From the human T2T-CHM13v2.0 reference genome, Homo sapiens, in NCBI RefSeq assembly GCF_009914755.1, contig NC_060925.1: 64,000 nt of DNA; one strand, written 5' to 3'. Below the pieces are notes generated by a model. The model was not told the DNA's origin. It searched no databases and saw only the letters and a list, made by a program, of their open reading frames with translations. This document shows, in pieces, positions 28,911 through 46,514 of this stretch (within the stretch, counting starts at the first letter, position 1; each line of letters opens with the position of its first letter). The translations under genes and the position numbers were made by a program.

Positions 28911-31519
28911 AAGCCAGAGAGCCAAGTGTGACAGCCCTAATACATGTTCAGGATTTTAGAGAGGTTGTGCATCTCTTTCTGTGTTTTAAATCTTTGTGAT
29001 ATTTTTAATGAGAAACATAACATGTAGAAAATTTGGAAAACACAACAATACAGACAGAAGAAAATAAAAGCTACTTGCAATTATGCCACCCAGAGATAAA
29101 TTGCTGTTGATAATTCACATATTTTATTCCATTCATTTTTCTATGTATCTGCATATATTGTTCTTCTTTTATTTTTAAAAATAAATTTGGATTCATCCTG
29201 CTCATGTAATAAATGTATTTTTAAACTTTTTATATCATTAGCATTTTTATATCAATAAACTCTTTTTTAAAAAAATTTTTAACATGGCTGAATTCTAATT
29301 CAGTTATAGTACATTTCTCTTCCGATAATTTTGGGACTATTTCATATTAGAGAATCTTGTCTCCTTGTCTTAGATGCTATTTTACCCCATGTATCCATTT
29401 TTGAATAAAAAGAGCCTGTCTTTAACAAAGGTCTGTTTTTTTTCTTGAGTACTCCTGAAATCTCTCCTTGGATCTGGAGGTCAAATTAATATAGCAATCC
29501 CTGGCCAATTTTGGATGTCTCATTTCTTGTATCTCTCATGCATGGCTCTGGGGTGGATGTTGGACTGAGTCAGGGTTTTCTCTTGCTTCTCTTGTGAGGG
29601 GATGCTCCTGTTTTTTCTGTCTCTGCCATTCCATTATATGCTGGTCCTATAACCCAAGGCCCATAGACTCCCTGGTCTTTGTTTTTTCTCATAGTTTGCA
29701 TCACTGGGTGCCGTGTGTTGGTCTTGTGACAATCTCTGCAAAGAAGCTCTGATGCTGGTTGGGTGCTGTGTGTTGTGGGGGTGGGAACTTATCCCGCTAT
29801 CTTGGAAAGCAGGCACCGGGGACCACAGGTAGGCTTAGATTCCTAGGGAAGGCAGCACTAGGACCATCCAGGCCAAAGTTCAGGGTGATTCCTCAGGGAT
29901 TGATACCTACTTAATTGGTATTTTACATCTTCAGCTGGTTTACCTTTGAAGCTTTTATGTGTTGTCATGGATATTTCTGTTGGAAAATGTGGGATGGCAA
30001 ATGGAGCTTAGCGAGTTAGCTGTCACTGCCGCAGAGACGTCTCACACAGATTTGTCAGGGACGATGTTTGGGCTGCTGGGATAGTGGCCTAATTCAGTAC
30101 CATGTTCAATCTCAGCCTGTGCCCTGGATACCGCTTAGGTTATTGGATGGCATTACTATATGGTGACATGGACGCGGATGCATTTTATCTTTGGTGAGAT
30201 AGGGCACAGAAACTTTAAACCTTACATGTTTGACAGCATCACAGAGTACAAAGCTCACCGTGGCTCTTTTCAAGTACAGCCCCATTCCATGGCACTGACT
30301 CAGGAAGCTTGTCATAGACTGTGCCAGTATTTAGATTTGACTATATGTGTACAAGTTATCAATGTGCTCTGCAGTGATGGTACAGAGGCTAAGATGTGTA
30401 GGCATTTGTTATGCTCTTTACAAGATATCTTTGTTAGCATGATAATTTTGCATTTGTACTCTGAACAATCTTCTGATTTTTTTCAGAGTTAATATTCTTT
30501 CAGGTGAGGAAATGAAGGTTTAGATAGACAGGCTTGCTGGAGTTTTCCCAGCTAGTACGTGGTACAGCTGGGATGAGAACAGAGCTTTTCCTCTATTTAG
30601 TCTAGGACATTTCCTACCATTGCACCAATTTTTAAAACAAACCACTGAATCATCTACTTTCCAGAAGGAAATTTCATTGCAATGGATTTATGCTTTGCTT
30701 TATCATTTATCCATTTGACAGTTCTCTGAACCATGATTGCCCCAGTTTAAAGAAATATCAAGAATGCCACACTTGATTTCCCTGAATGCCAAAGTGCTTT
30801 CAATGTGTATTGAATAATTGTGGTGTGTAAGGATCGTTCCTAGTGAGCCACTCCCCTTAATGTCACTCCAGACAGCATGATTTATTTACTCCTGAGGATG
30901 GTTGATAAGTAGGATACCTACTCGAGGGAGGTGTCACCTTTATGGTGGGACATACAATAAAAATAATTATTGAAACAAATGAAGTTAATTAGATGAGAGA
31001 AGTTAAAATATTTGAAGTCAGATGTGCACAGAACAGCAAAGATACTTGGAAATTTTATGATAGTGTTATAATCTCCTTGGCAGATGGCTAAGCATTAAAT
31101 TGCAGACATCTCTCTTGTTTTTGACTTTTTTTTTTGCTGCATATTTTGTTTTGTTGTTTACAAAGAAAGTTCTTTGGAAAAAGTTCAGAACATACTAGAA
31201 ATAATACAGAAAATATTAGGTTCACCCTTAATCCTATCATCTAGACATAATTACCCCCATGCTTATTTTCTCAATCCTATATTTATTAATCTTTTCTCAT
31301 TTAAAACTACGTTGTGGACATGTGTTCTGGATATTAGCAAATCCAGTTGCCCACCAACATTTTTAACGGCTTCATGGTGTTCTGTAATATTCATCCCTCT
31401 ATTAATGAACATTTAAGTTGTTCCCAGTATTTCACTATTGTAAATAATAATACATAGAATATCCTTATACATGTGTCTTTGAGAACTTGTTGAATTCTTT
31501 TTTTAACAAAAATTCCTAC

Positions 31520-31660
31520 TGGGCTTGGTGGCTCCAGCTACTTTGGAGGCTGCTGCGGGAGGATCAATTGAGCCCAGGTGTTGGAGGCTGCAGGATGGTA
31601 TGATTGCACCAGTGTACTCCAGCCTGACGACAGAGCAAGACCCCTTTTGTTACAAAATGA
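31520..31660 (+). mobile_element. Alu right-arm (FRAM/AluJ) fragment within old L1M sequence
   Basis: ccagctactttggaggctg...tgcaccagtgtactccagcctg. Confidence 0.75.
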
Positions 31661-31785
31661 AAAGGAAACGTAGAAACAATATTGCTAAATTAAAAGGCAT
31701 GCACATTTTAAAGTATTTGGAAACATTTTGCCAAAAAAGTAATAATACTAATGTACTAATATGCATTCCAACACATGGAAAATAA

Positions 31786-32133
<348 letters not shown>

Positions 32134-32222
32134 TAACCATTTTTACTTGCCATTCCAGTAGTTTTTTTAAAAAAAAGCAAAAAACCCCAAAACCTATTTT
32201 TGCAGTTTGGCTTATTTTTTAG

Positions 32223-32524
<302 letters not shown>

Positions 32525-32920
32525 TTTTTTTGTTTTGTATTTTAGTAGTGAGGCTGAACTTTCTCCATGGTTGAGTGTATTTCTTCTTTTGTGAGTTTCC
32601 TACTTAATACATTATTTGCCTGCTTTTCTAATGGGAGCGCCTCTTCTCAATATATAACAGCTGTTTATAAGATAAGATTATTTACCCTTAGTGAATTAAG
32701 TACAATTGCTTTTCTTAGTTTGTAATTTACTTTCCACGAGGTTTATAGTGTGGTGCTTTTACATTTTTATGTAGTCATATATGTTTATCTCATCTGATCT
32801 ATATTTTATTAAATTATTTCATATTTTTCCCACTGTTAGGACTTAAATCTTTAACCTATCTGAAATTTATTCTGGCAAAGGATAGGGAGAGCTTTAATTT
32901 TTTTTTCCCCAAGTTGTTAG

Positions 32921-33267
<347 letters not shown>

Positions 33268-33318
33268 CTAATCAACTTATTATCTTATTGAATGTAGCTG
33301 CATTTTTCATTAGTATAT

Positions 33319-33720
33319 TGTCTTAGTCCATTTGTGTTTCTATAAAGGACTAACTGAGGTTGGGTAATTTCTAATGAAAAGAGATATATTTGGCTCATGG
33401 TTCTGTAGGCTGTACAAGGGGCATGACACCAGCATTTGTCTCTGGTCAGGGACTCAGGAAGATTCTACTCATTGCAGAAGGGCATAGAGGACCAGAGCAG
33501 GCATCACATGGAGAGAGGAAGGAAATGAGGAGGAGGTCCCAGGCTCTTTAACAGTCAGCTCTCACAGGAATGAATCCAGTGAGAACTCACTCATTACTGC
33601 AAGGTATTCATGAGAGCTCTGCCCCTATGTTCCAAACACTTCCTACCGGGTTCCACCTCTGACATTGGGGATCACATTTCAACATGAGCTTTGGAGGTAA
33701 CAAATATCCTAACTATATCA
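33319..33720 (-). mobile_element. MaLR solo LTR (MSTB-like)
   Basis: tgtcttagtccatttg...aactatatca; TSD tatat. Confidence 0.9.
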
Positions 33721-34284
33721 TATATATTTCATATGCATTTAATTACCATAACTTTAGATTTCATTTTAATGTGTAGCAAGGGTAGTTTCACTCAATCCAT
33801 TTCTCTTTATAATATTTCCTTTGCCTTTTCATGAATGTATTCTTCCTTATGAACTTTAAGAATAAAATACAACATTCATTGAATATATTTGCAAAATTGA
33901 TGTGAGAAATGTACTTGGAATTAGATTGTATTCTCATAGCAAAGGCATCCTGGAGCACGTATATATCTAGGAGTTTGAAATGGACTAGTAATTTTGCAAG
34001 GGATTATGGTATTGAGCAGGAGAAAGGAAATGACCCATGGAATGTGTTTCTCATATCACATGAAGTCAACTCGGAGAAGGTGAGGATCTTTATGGTTTAA
34101 ATTCATTCTGTTCTGTGGATAAGAACTGGCAACTTAATTCTGTCATGTAGTATATCTTCCTTTGGCCTAAGAATTGAGCCAGGAATCCCAGGGTAAAGCA
34201 ACCTTGAAATTTGTTTTTTTCCCAGAATCATTTGAAAAACATTCCAGGAGGAAAATATGTAGCATTGGCAGGATCTGAGTGAGA

Positions 34285-34432
34285 TACAGTAGTCCCGTCC
34301 TTTATTCTCAAGGAATACATAAAACATGAAAGGAGAGATTAACTCTGGGATTATGTGGCAACGCTCCAGGCATATAGGAAAAAAACACTATATACAGGGT
34401 TCAGTACTATCCACAGTTTCAGGAATCCAGTG
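34285..34432. mobile_element. MER44/Tigger-like DNA transposon remnants
   Basis: tacagtagtccc start and agggttcagtactatccacagtttcagg end motifs. Confidence 0.55.
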
Positions 34433-35502
34433 GATTAAGATGTTGTAAATGAGGATTCTTACTTTTTATTTACCTGTGCTGGAACTCCTGGAATCATATG
34501 AAGTATTTTAAAAAGCATATTTGACTTCATATTTCCTTTTATTATTTCATATTTTTTTCTCTATATTTTTGCTTCTAAGCAGGTATTTTGGTGCTATAGT
34601 AAGCATTTTAAACTTATCAAAATACTTGTGTTGTTTTCATATACAAATAAAGAGAGAAAGCAGACTGGGTTTTGAAGACCAGCAGAAAAAGGTTTCCTAG
34701 TCTTGTAAACTTAGGAATTATATAGGATGATATATGTAAAATTTTGCTCCGTTTTTGGGATATGGTAGGTACTTTCCATGATAATGAAAAAGCTTCTCTA
34801 TAAATTCATGATAAATAGTTTGGGGGATCAATACTGTTTACAAAATTCCCCGCCAAAGTTTCACATTTTAATGGATTCATATTTTAGTAAGCCTAGGGAC
34901 TGAACTTTACAGGTTGTGGAAAGTCCTCCAAATATTTTTTACTACATTCTAGTAATTATGTTACTAAGGTTTTGTTAGGTTACACATTTTAACCAATTAA
35001 TATGGAGCTCTCACAATGTCATTTCACGCCAGTAGTATTTACACTTCAGTTTGTTCTAGTTATTAAGTCAATATTTGCAACTTTAGGTAAACATAAATTA
35101 ACGATATTTAACTAAGGAAATAATGCATTATAGCATCCTCTATATAACTCCTGTAACAACATATGGAATGAAAAATATTAATCTAGTAAAATCATATATT
35201 AGGACCTTCAACTTAACTTTAATTCTAATTTTTGAAGAATTTTCAGGTTCATAGATGAAAGTTTAGGTTCAATATTACATCTGCATCTCTATGAATTCAG
35301 TCTTTTCAACCTATGTCTGTGTTTCAATAGTTATATTGAATTCAGTATTCACCCTTGAATATTGAGTTTGAAAACAAAATTATCTATGATTTTTTAAAAA
35401 ATCACTAGGCTATCACGAATTTTATTAAATCTTAGAAAAGTGAGGATTCCAAGCCTTAAGTTGAATGTTCAATTGATTTTATCTTTTAAAAAGTATAATA
35501 TG

Positions 35503-35845
35503 GGCTAGGAGCGGTGGCTCATGCCTGTAATCCCAGCACTTTGAGAGGCTGAGGCAGGCGGAGCACCTGATGTCAGGAGTTTGAGAGGAGCCTGGCCAAC
35601 ATGGTGAAACCCTGTCTCTACTAAAAATACAAAAAAATTAGCCGGGCATGGTGGGCACCTGTAATCCCAGCTACTTAGAAGGCTGAGGCAGGAGAATGGC
35701 TTGAACCCAGGAGGTGGAGGTTGCAGTGAGCGAGATCGTACTATTGCACTCCAGCTTGGGCGACACGGTAAGACTCCTTTTCTTAAAACACCCCCCACCA
35801 AAAAAAAAAAACAAAAAACAAAACAAAACAAAAAAAAGCAAGAAA
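35503..35845 (+). mobile_element. AluSx-like with long interrupted A tail
   Basis: Full dimer. Confidence 0.95.
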
Positions 35846-36479
35846 AACCCCTATAATGTGTTCAATATACTATATAGGTATTGCAATTTGAAGCATTTAA
35901 GTTAGGGTCTGAGTAGCACATGCTGAATGAATAGTGGCCCAGTGCTTTGTGCATAGTGGCTATTCAATAAATATTTACCAAAGTGAAGGACTCTTCCCCA
36001 GATCACTCCAGCTCCTCCAGGGTACCTGAAATTTCTGTGGCTGGACATTACAGTATTTAGTCCCGAATAAGAAGCAGGGTTCTTACAAATTGGAAGGGCT
36101 CCTACAAAATTGGTTAATTGGGATTAGACTATTTGTATCCTTGCCCAAGGAAGGGTGGCTTTTCTGGGGAGGCTTTTCTGATGGGGACCTCGACTGGTAG
36201 GACACTGAGTATCATGGGTAGAGAAGTAGCCTCTGACATGGAGTATTTATTATATTGTAACATCATTGCATTATTATAATGTAACCTTTCCCTGCTCGAT
36301 GACTCAGGCTATAGGTAGTCTACGTGCCTGACTTGTTGATCTATGCACCTTCTTGAGGTTAGGAATTAAAACACTTTTTTTTTTTTTGGTAATTTTTAAA
36401 CACTGTGCATGTACCTAAAGTGACCATAGGAATATTTGGGAAATTTTACTTTTGGATATCAGCTAGTTGTTACCAAAGT

Positions 36480-36690
36480 GCTTTAGGTGGTGGCTAAAAA
36501 TGTCAGTTTGCCTGACTTTGAATCTTGACTGCACATCGCATAACAGCTGTGTGACCCCAGACTTCTTTTCTGTGCCTTCGTTTCCTTCTCTGTCAAATGG
36601 GAATAATAATAGCACCAAGTTCATAGGACGGCAGAGTATCCAAGCAGTGTCTGGTACATGGTAAGAACTCAGTACATGTCAGCGGTGGTG
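36480..36690 (+). mobile_element. MIR
   Basis: gctgtgtgacc...tctgtcaaatgggaataataatag...tggtacatggtaag. Confidence 0.75.
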
Positions 36691-37884
36691 GTGATAATAC
36701 GTGTATGAGTTCCAAGGTACTGAGTAGGCACAGTGTGAAGTAGTTGTGTTTGTGTCCTGTGATTAGATAGTAGTGATGACTGCTGACTCGCTTTACTCTG
36801 TGCCCACCAGAAGAGACCTCAGGTTCTGTGGGATGCACCCTGAGTATGCCCCAAGAAAGAGCAGAGACTTGTACTTAGGATTTGTGATTTGCAGACGCAA
36901 GCTTTGCTGTATTTGTTTTGCTCGAAGGGCTTACTGCTGTGGTATTCAGAATGTGAAATAATAGTTAATGGAGACAAGGGGATTAATAGCAGCATTTAAA
37001 ATCATTTAGTGACTAATAACTTTGTGGCTTATAAAATCTGTACCTTGATATGCAGGGGTGGCTGTTCTATTAACATTTCTAAGCTATTTAAAAGTCAGTT
37101 GGATGCTTTTCGGTTGCACATTCATTTTTCATCTTTGCCCTTCCATTCAGGAAACATCAATAAAGTTTAATAATTTTCTGTCATTTCTGGAAAAATAAAC
37201 AAGATTATAGATTATTAAGGGTTATTTTTCATTTTGATGGTGGATAAATTAGGAGGAATCCTTACTGAATGAAAATTGTGAATTATTGATTATGATCACA
37301 GGATTAATATGAAACCACTCATATATCTCGATGTGCATAGCTTCTTTTCTAGTGCCATTGTAGATGGATTGAGGAATACTGTGAACTGGGATTATTGTGT
37401 ATTAATCATTGAACACCTACTGTGCACCACACTGATTATAGGACGTGTATGCATTATATCTGGCCTGACTTTAGCTTCTCAAAATAGGTATTTTATGGTT
37501 GAGGAAATGCAGGCTAGGAGAGGTTGGACAACTGACCCAAGATGCTATAGGTTTTCAGCTTGCTTTCTTTCTGGCATACTTTGCCATCAAGGCTTTTAAT
37601 ATAATTTTTTGCTCCTCAAAAAAATTTCTTTCAACTTTAGTGAAATCTAGCCTCGTATAGGAGAAGGTTCACCATGGGGAATTTGGCATTTGAGTCTTGA
37701 AGTCAAATGCTGGGGTATGGGGGACTACATTATTTGTACTCAGGATCCAGAGGGGAGTTATCACAAAGCCAGTGCTTTCTTTTCACCTCTGGTTTAGGGT
37801 TGGGCTCCCCTCATACAGTCAAGGTCCAGTTGAATATGGTAATCAAAAGAACAAGCTGGGGAGTCAGAGAGACCTTAGCCTGGA

Positions 37885-38710
<826 letters not shown>

Positions 38711-39098
38711 GGGAAAGGATATAATCTCGAAGACTTAATTTCCTCCTGGATAAGTGGAGATGATAACACTTTCCTAACATAGTTGTCTAATGAGATAGCT
38801 ACTGAAATCCAGCATCAGAACAAGAGATTACCATAAATTTGAAGAAGTGTGAAACCAGGTACCACAGCCTGGCCCCTGCTTAGGCTTAGTTACTTAAAGC
38901 TGTGCAATTTAAAGCAGTTTTGGAATCTCCCCTTTTCATTTACTTGACAACTGTCTTTTGAGAACCTATCATGTGGCAGGCGCTGTGCCAGGAATGACGT
39001 TCAGCACATACCTGTCGTGTGCATGCAAGTACTTTTAGCTGTGATTACTTGGTGTATAGTATGTTTGATTGGTTATGTGTTGATTACTGAACAGCTAC

Positions 39099-39660
39099 TC
39101 TGATGGCCAGTTTTAGGTGTCAGCTTGACTGGATTGACAGATGCCTGGATGGCTGGTGAAGCATTGTTTCTGGGTGTGTCTGTGAGGGTGTTTCCAGAAG
39201 AGATTGACGTGAGAGTCAGAGGACTCTCAATGTGCATGGTGGGCACCATCTGCCTGGCTGGAAGCCCAGCTGGGACAAATAGGCAGATGAAAGGGAATTC
39301 ACTCTCTCTGCTTTCTGTCTCCCTTCTGAGCAGGTCACTTTTTCTCCTCCGGCCTTTGGACATCCCAGTCTGGTTTCTTTGGCTTTTGGACTCCGGGACT
39401 TTTACCAGTGGCCTCCTGGGGGCTCTCAGGCCTGACCGGTGGTGTGCTGTTGGCTGCCTTGCTTCTGAGGCTGCCAGATTTACACTGAGCTATGCTACTG
39501 GCTTTGAGCCATGTTAGCAGCTTCTCTGATTCTCTAGCTTGCAGTCAGCCTGTCGTAGGACTTCTCTGCTTCTGTGGTCCTGTGAGCCAATTCCTCCCAG
39601 TCATCCCCCTCCATATATACCGTATAGTTTCTGTTTCTCGGGAGACACCTGACTGATACA
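39099..39660 (+). mobile_element. ERVL solo LTR (MLT2B-like)
   Basis: gtgtcagcttgactggatt...tgggtgtgtctgtgagggtgtttcc...ctgactgataca; TSD gctac/cctac. Confidence 0.88.
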
Positions 39661-39890
39661 CCTACGTTTCACTCTGTATTATCCATCTTGCATGCATCAT
39701 CTCTGATCCTCACAAAACCTTTTCAGAGTAGATTATTTTACAGTTGAGGAAATGCCTGTAACAATGTCAAATACATATTATTTTCAGGAAGTACTGGTTG
39801 GGAGAAAACCCCTCAGAATTAGAAAATATTCTTGCTGTTTCGAAGGAGTCCAGTATGTCAAAGTCTACCTGCCTCTTTCATTAATAAATA

Positions 39891-40291
<401 letters not shown>

Positions 40292-41178
40292 CTAGTCAGT
40301 AAAAGACTTGCATGGAAAACATTGATTAGATGAAACACTGAAACAGCTAAACCTCACTTCCACTTGTTTAAGACATCAAGCTGTTTAAAGGTCAGCTGGA
40401 TGCTTTAACTTATGAAATGTGTAAGCAGAGGAGTGATTTTCTGAAGAAAGTCGTTTATATTAGAAATAATGATTTATTTAACTGTGTTTTGGTCACAAGC
40501 ATGACATTTCGAACACAGTAAACTTTATAGATATGAAGATTATTGGGAAAGATTTATTTTAAAAAGAGAGGGATATGAAAACACGGGGAAATTTCAGGAC
40601 ATCTCAAACATTGTGCTAATAACACCTGTATTTGAGTTAGTCACATGTACTGCAAATTTTTCAAGAAGAAAAATTGTTTCACCATTTCCTTTATTAGCTA
40701 AATTCGGAAGTCAAGTTAGTAGCTAGGTTCATACCTAGTTCTTTGTTTAGAGTGCTTGTATTCTATTTAGTAAGAAGGGACATGGTTTTACCTCTTTATC
40801 AAGGGCTCACTGAGGTAGTATATTCTGGGTGGTGGTCAACACAGATTTCTTTTCCATGTCAGAGGGTCAAGCTGGACCTTTCAGCCTGGCCCTAGGGAAG
40901 GCTGTGTTGGCATTTTCCATTTTTGTAAATGACATCATAGTCTTTCAACTGAATGGCTAGTGACTATGTCCTATTTTTTTTTAAGACAGAAATATGTGAA
41001 ATTTAAGGAACAGCTTTCTCTACAGCTGATGATGTGGGAGGTTTGTGAATAACCGTTGGCAGGTCCTATGAAGAGGAGGAGCTAGTGTTCCATGGGGACG
41101 TGTGCACATGTTTTTATCCTGGGAATATTGCATTTGTGTGATATCTTCTCTTTCAGAATGTATCAAAATAGAAGCTTG

Positions 41179-41530
<352 letters not shown>

Positions 41531-41828
41531 TTAATGTTATGGCTCTTCAAACATACTCCAAACCTCTCCTATTTGACCAGCCAGAATCTTATGTTATTAG
41601 TGTTGCTAACCCCTTTTTCCCTATATTTTTGATAGTACGCTGGAAAGAAATGTCTGTCTGTCTTGAGGTTTTCAGTCTTTATTTAAGGTTTTGACGATAC
41701 CTGCAACATAGACAAAAGCTAGGATTTTAGATTGGGGGAAATTTCCTACTAGTAGTCCAGTAGTACCGGCATTTTCTAACCCCAAATTTATGTTTCTTCT
41801 TCATATTACTGTTTTAAATATTCTGTAT

Positions 41829-42142
41829 TGGCTGGGCGCGGTGGCTTATGCCTGTAATCTCAGCACTTTGGGAGGCTGATGTGGGAGGATTACCTGAGGT
41901 CAGAAGTTCAAGACCAGCCTGACCAACATAGAGAAACCCTGTCTCTACTAAAAATACAAAATTATCCCGGCATGGTGGCACATGCTTGTAATCCCAGCTA
42001 CGCACGCAGGAGGCTAATGCAGGAGAATCGCTTGAACCCAGGAGGCGGAGGTTGCGGTGAGCCAAGATCATGCCATTGCACTCCAGCCTGGGCAACAAGA
42101 GTGAAACTCCGTCTCAAAACAAAACAAAACAACAACAAAACA
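41829..42142 (+). mobile_element. AluSp-like
   Basis: ctgaccaacatagagaaacc; TSD ctgtatt. Confidence 0.95.
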
Positions 42143-42196
42143 ACCGCTGTATTGTTCTGTGATAGGTGAGCAGGCACTTGTGTTACTTTGTAATAC

Positions 42197-42500
42197 TGTC
42201 TTATTCCATTTTCTGATGTTATGACAGAATACCAAATGGAAAGAACATATATTTATTTATCATAGTTCTCAAGGCTGAGATGTCCAGGATCAAGGTACTG
42301 GCATCTGGTTAGGGTCTTCTTGCTGTGTCCTCGCATGGCTAAAGGTGGGCAAGAGACATGAAGCCTCTTTTACAAGAGCCTTAATTCCATTCATGAGGGA
42401 AGAACACTCATGGCTGATTTCCTCTTAAAGGCCTCACCTTTTAATACCATCACATTGTAAAATACATGAATTTTGGAGAGGATACATTTAAACCATAGCA
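42197..42500 (-). mobile_element. MaLR solo LTR (MLT1A/MSTD-like)
   Basis: tgtcttattccattt...aaaccatagca. Confidence 0.85.
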
Positions 42501-43141
42501 TTAAATTAAGGCATTAAATCAATTTTGGTTGCTTATGACAAAGATCTCTGACAACCTAACTTTATTCCTGTAGTTGGTATTTTTACTGTAGGCAGATTTG
42601 GTCAATTAAAATGTAATCTTGTGAGTCACATGACAAAATTTTCTTTCTTCTTCTTTTTTTAAGGTTATGTAATAGAGGGAGAGAACTCACTAGTCCTGGG
42701 CCATAAAAACTCTGGGCAAAGGATGTGTGACTTCTCTTCTGTCAACTAGAAATTATATGGCCACACCACAGGTTTGTCCGACCAGTCTATCGGGCAGTTT
42801 ACATATCAGAAATTTGAAGAGCAGGTCTGAGTAATTATTGACATGAAAAACAAAAATAGAAACACAAAGCACTTCTAAAATATGTGTGTCAAAGGAGTGC
42901 ACTTCCAGAATTTTCTCCTTCTGGTCTGTAAGGCAAAACTTTTTCAGGTGACAGTGCCCACAATAGACAAATGTGAGTCATTTTCCTACAATTTTGAAAT
43001 TATTGTTAGTTCATTATTCTTAGGGTTCTACTGTAGATGTGAATTTAGAGAATGGAATCTAACTCATCATGGATGATTTCCTTTTTGCAAAGCATCTTGT
43101 GGGACAAGATAATAGTATTAATAACAAGAGAAATGGTAATA

Positions 43142-43516
43142 CAGTTGAACCCTTGAGTAACGTATGTTTGAACTCCTTGGGTCTACTTATACGTGGAATT
43201 TTTTCAATGAATATATTGGAAACCTTTTTGGGGATTTATGACAATTTGAAAAAAAACTCATAGATGAACTGCATAGTCTAGAAGTATCAAGAAAAAATAA
43301 GGATGGTATATCATGAGTGCATAAAATATATGTAGATCTTAGTCTATTTATGTGTTAATCAACTGTTTATGTTATACCAACTGTTTAGTTGGCAAGGTTT
43401 CCAGGCAACAGTAGGTTATTTTTAGTTAAGGTTTTGAAAAGTCAAAAGTTATATGCAGATTTTTGACTGTGCAGGGGGTCTATGCCCCAACCCCCATGTC
43501 GTTCAAAGGTCAACTC
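43142..43516 (+). mobile_element. Tigger2a-like DNA transposon
   Basis: TIRs cagttgaacccttga / ttcaaaggtcaactc with TA flanks. Confidence 0.88.
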
Positions 43517-43529
43517 TATTAGTAATGGT

Positions 43530-44060
<531 letters not shown>

Positions 44061-44337
44061 TATGCTGTGTTTCCCAAGGTTCTGATCATTTCAGAAGGTT
44101 TGTTTTCTGTTGCATAACTATGAGAGCTCAATTTTGGTTGAATTCTTTCAAGTGGCATCAGTGTTTTGAAGTCTGAGTAGGCCAGGTGAACAACATCCAT
44201 TTTCTTACCTGGGTTCTGAAGAACTTGGGAAATAAAAGAGGAAGGCAGATATAAGATTAAAATATCAAATTTATTACCGACAGAGAGCTTGTTCTTGGGA
44301 ACTGTCCCCAAGAGGAAGAAAGTTGAGGATGCCCACC

Positions 44338-44669
44338 TGTATTCGTCCGTTTTCGCGCTGCTCATAAAGAGATGCCCAAGACTGGGTAATTTATAAAGAA
44401 AAGGAGGTTTAATGGACTCAAATTCCACATGGCAGAGGGCGAAAGGCACGTCTTACATGGCGGCAGACAAGAGAGAATGAGGGTGAAGTGAAAGGGATTT
44501 CGCCTTATAAAACCTTCAGATCTTGTGAGACTTACTCGCTACCATGAGAACAGTATGGGGGAAACCTCCCCCATGATTCAGTTATGTGGGTCCCTCCCAC
44601 AACATGTGAGAATTATGGGAGCTACAATTCAAGATGAAAGTTGGGTGGAGACACAGCCAGACCCTATCA
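44338..44669 (-). mobile_element. THE1-type MaLR solo LTR
   Basis: tgtattcgtccgtttt...gaccctatca; TSD ccacc. Confidence 0.93.
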
Positions 44670-44820
44670 CCACCTATTTCTAGGTTTACCAATCAGCTAA
44701 GTTAAGCCATCTCCTGGGGGTAAAGGGAGTGAATGGGACAGAAAGAGCCATGGAGTGGGTGGGACTAGAGGGAATTCTTCTTACTGGACACCAGAAGAGT
44801 GTTAAAAGGGATCCCCTGTA

Positions 44821-45162
<342 letters not shown>

Positions 45163-45808
45163 CTAGTGAAAAGTTCACATTTCTGTTAGAACAGGGAACG
45201 GAAGGGTTAATGATGTTCAGGAACGGTTTTATGGCTCAGTGGGAAAATTGCATGTTGTTAGAAATATAGTTGGATTCCTCTCCTGAGTTCATGCGAAATT
45301 GCTGCGTATTTCGCCTCTCACTGATTGCTGGAATTTAAAAATGCATTCCTCTGGACCAAGGTAGTTGTGTTTCCTTTCCATGTCTTTGAAGTGCTTTTCT
45401 CCCCCTTAACTTGTCAGTGGCGTGGCGTACATGTTTTTGTTACTGACAGTGTGGCCAATTATTGTGTTCTAGAAGGCATTGTTGTCTCTGAGAATGTTAC
45501 ATGATATGAGTAGCAAGTCTGTTTATTCAGAAAAACACCTCAGATCTCAAACCAATTTAGAGAGCTCAGAAAGCAGTACTTGGAGAGACACTTCCGAGAG
45601 ATAGCTTAGTACATCATCAGAGTCCTTATTCCTGATTCTAAGGCCATTTAAGCATGGGTCACACTGGACTGCTAGTTGGCATAGAGAGGAAGTGATTGGT
45701 GGTGAAATCTGTGGTACTTAAAAGCGCTGACAGTGTAGGAGGCCAGATTTCAATTTCTAGAGGTGTCATTTTAGAATGGAGTAGGGAAGACATATGTGTC
45801 ACATAGTG

Positions 45809-46119
<311 letters not shown>

Positions 46120-46159
46120 TGTCACATAGTGTATAATGACAGTTATGCATAGAGATCGA

Positions 46160-46400
46160 AAAATGTTGGTCAGAGGGCACAAAGCTTTAGTTAGACGGGA
46201 GGAATGAGTTCCTATTATACAGCATGGTGACTCTAGTTAATAATTATTATATACTTAAAAATTGCTAAGAGAGTAGGTTTTATATGTCCCCACCACAAAA
46301 AAAAGGTTGATTATGAGAGGTTATGACTATGCTAATTAGCTTGCCTTAATTTCACAATGTGTACATAGATGGAAGTATCATGTTGCACAGTTTTTATTTG
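46160..46400 (+). mobile_element. L1MA/MB 3' end
   Basis: atacagcatggtgactctagttaataat...aaattgctaagagagtag. Confidence 0.85.
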
Positions 46401-46514
46401 TGAAGTATGTCTTTGTCGTGAAAGCAGCCGTAGTCTATGCTACAGGGATGGGCGTGGCTGTGTTTTGATAAAAATTTATTTACAAAAATAGGAGGAGGGG
46501 TAGATTCAGTTTGC

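Noticed and set aside
44130-44260. CR1/L3 reverse-transcriptase remnant (MDVVHLAYSDFK)
   Set aside because: Resemblance too short to support without an HMM search.
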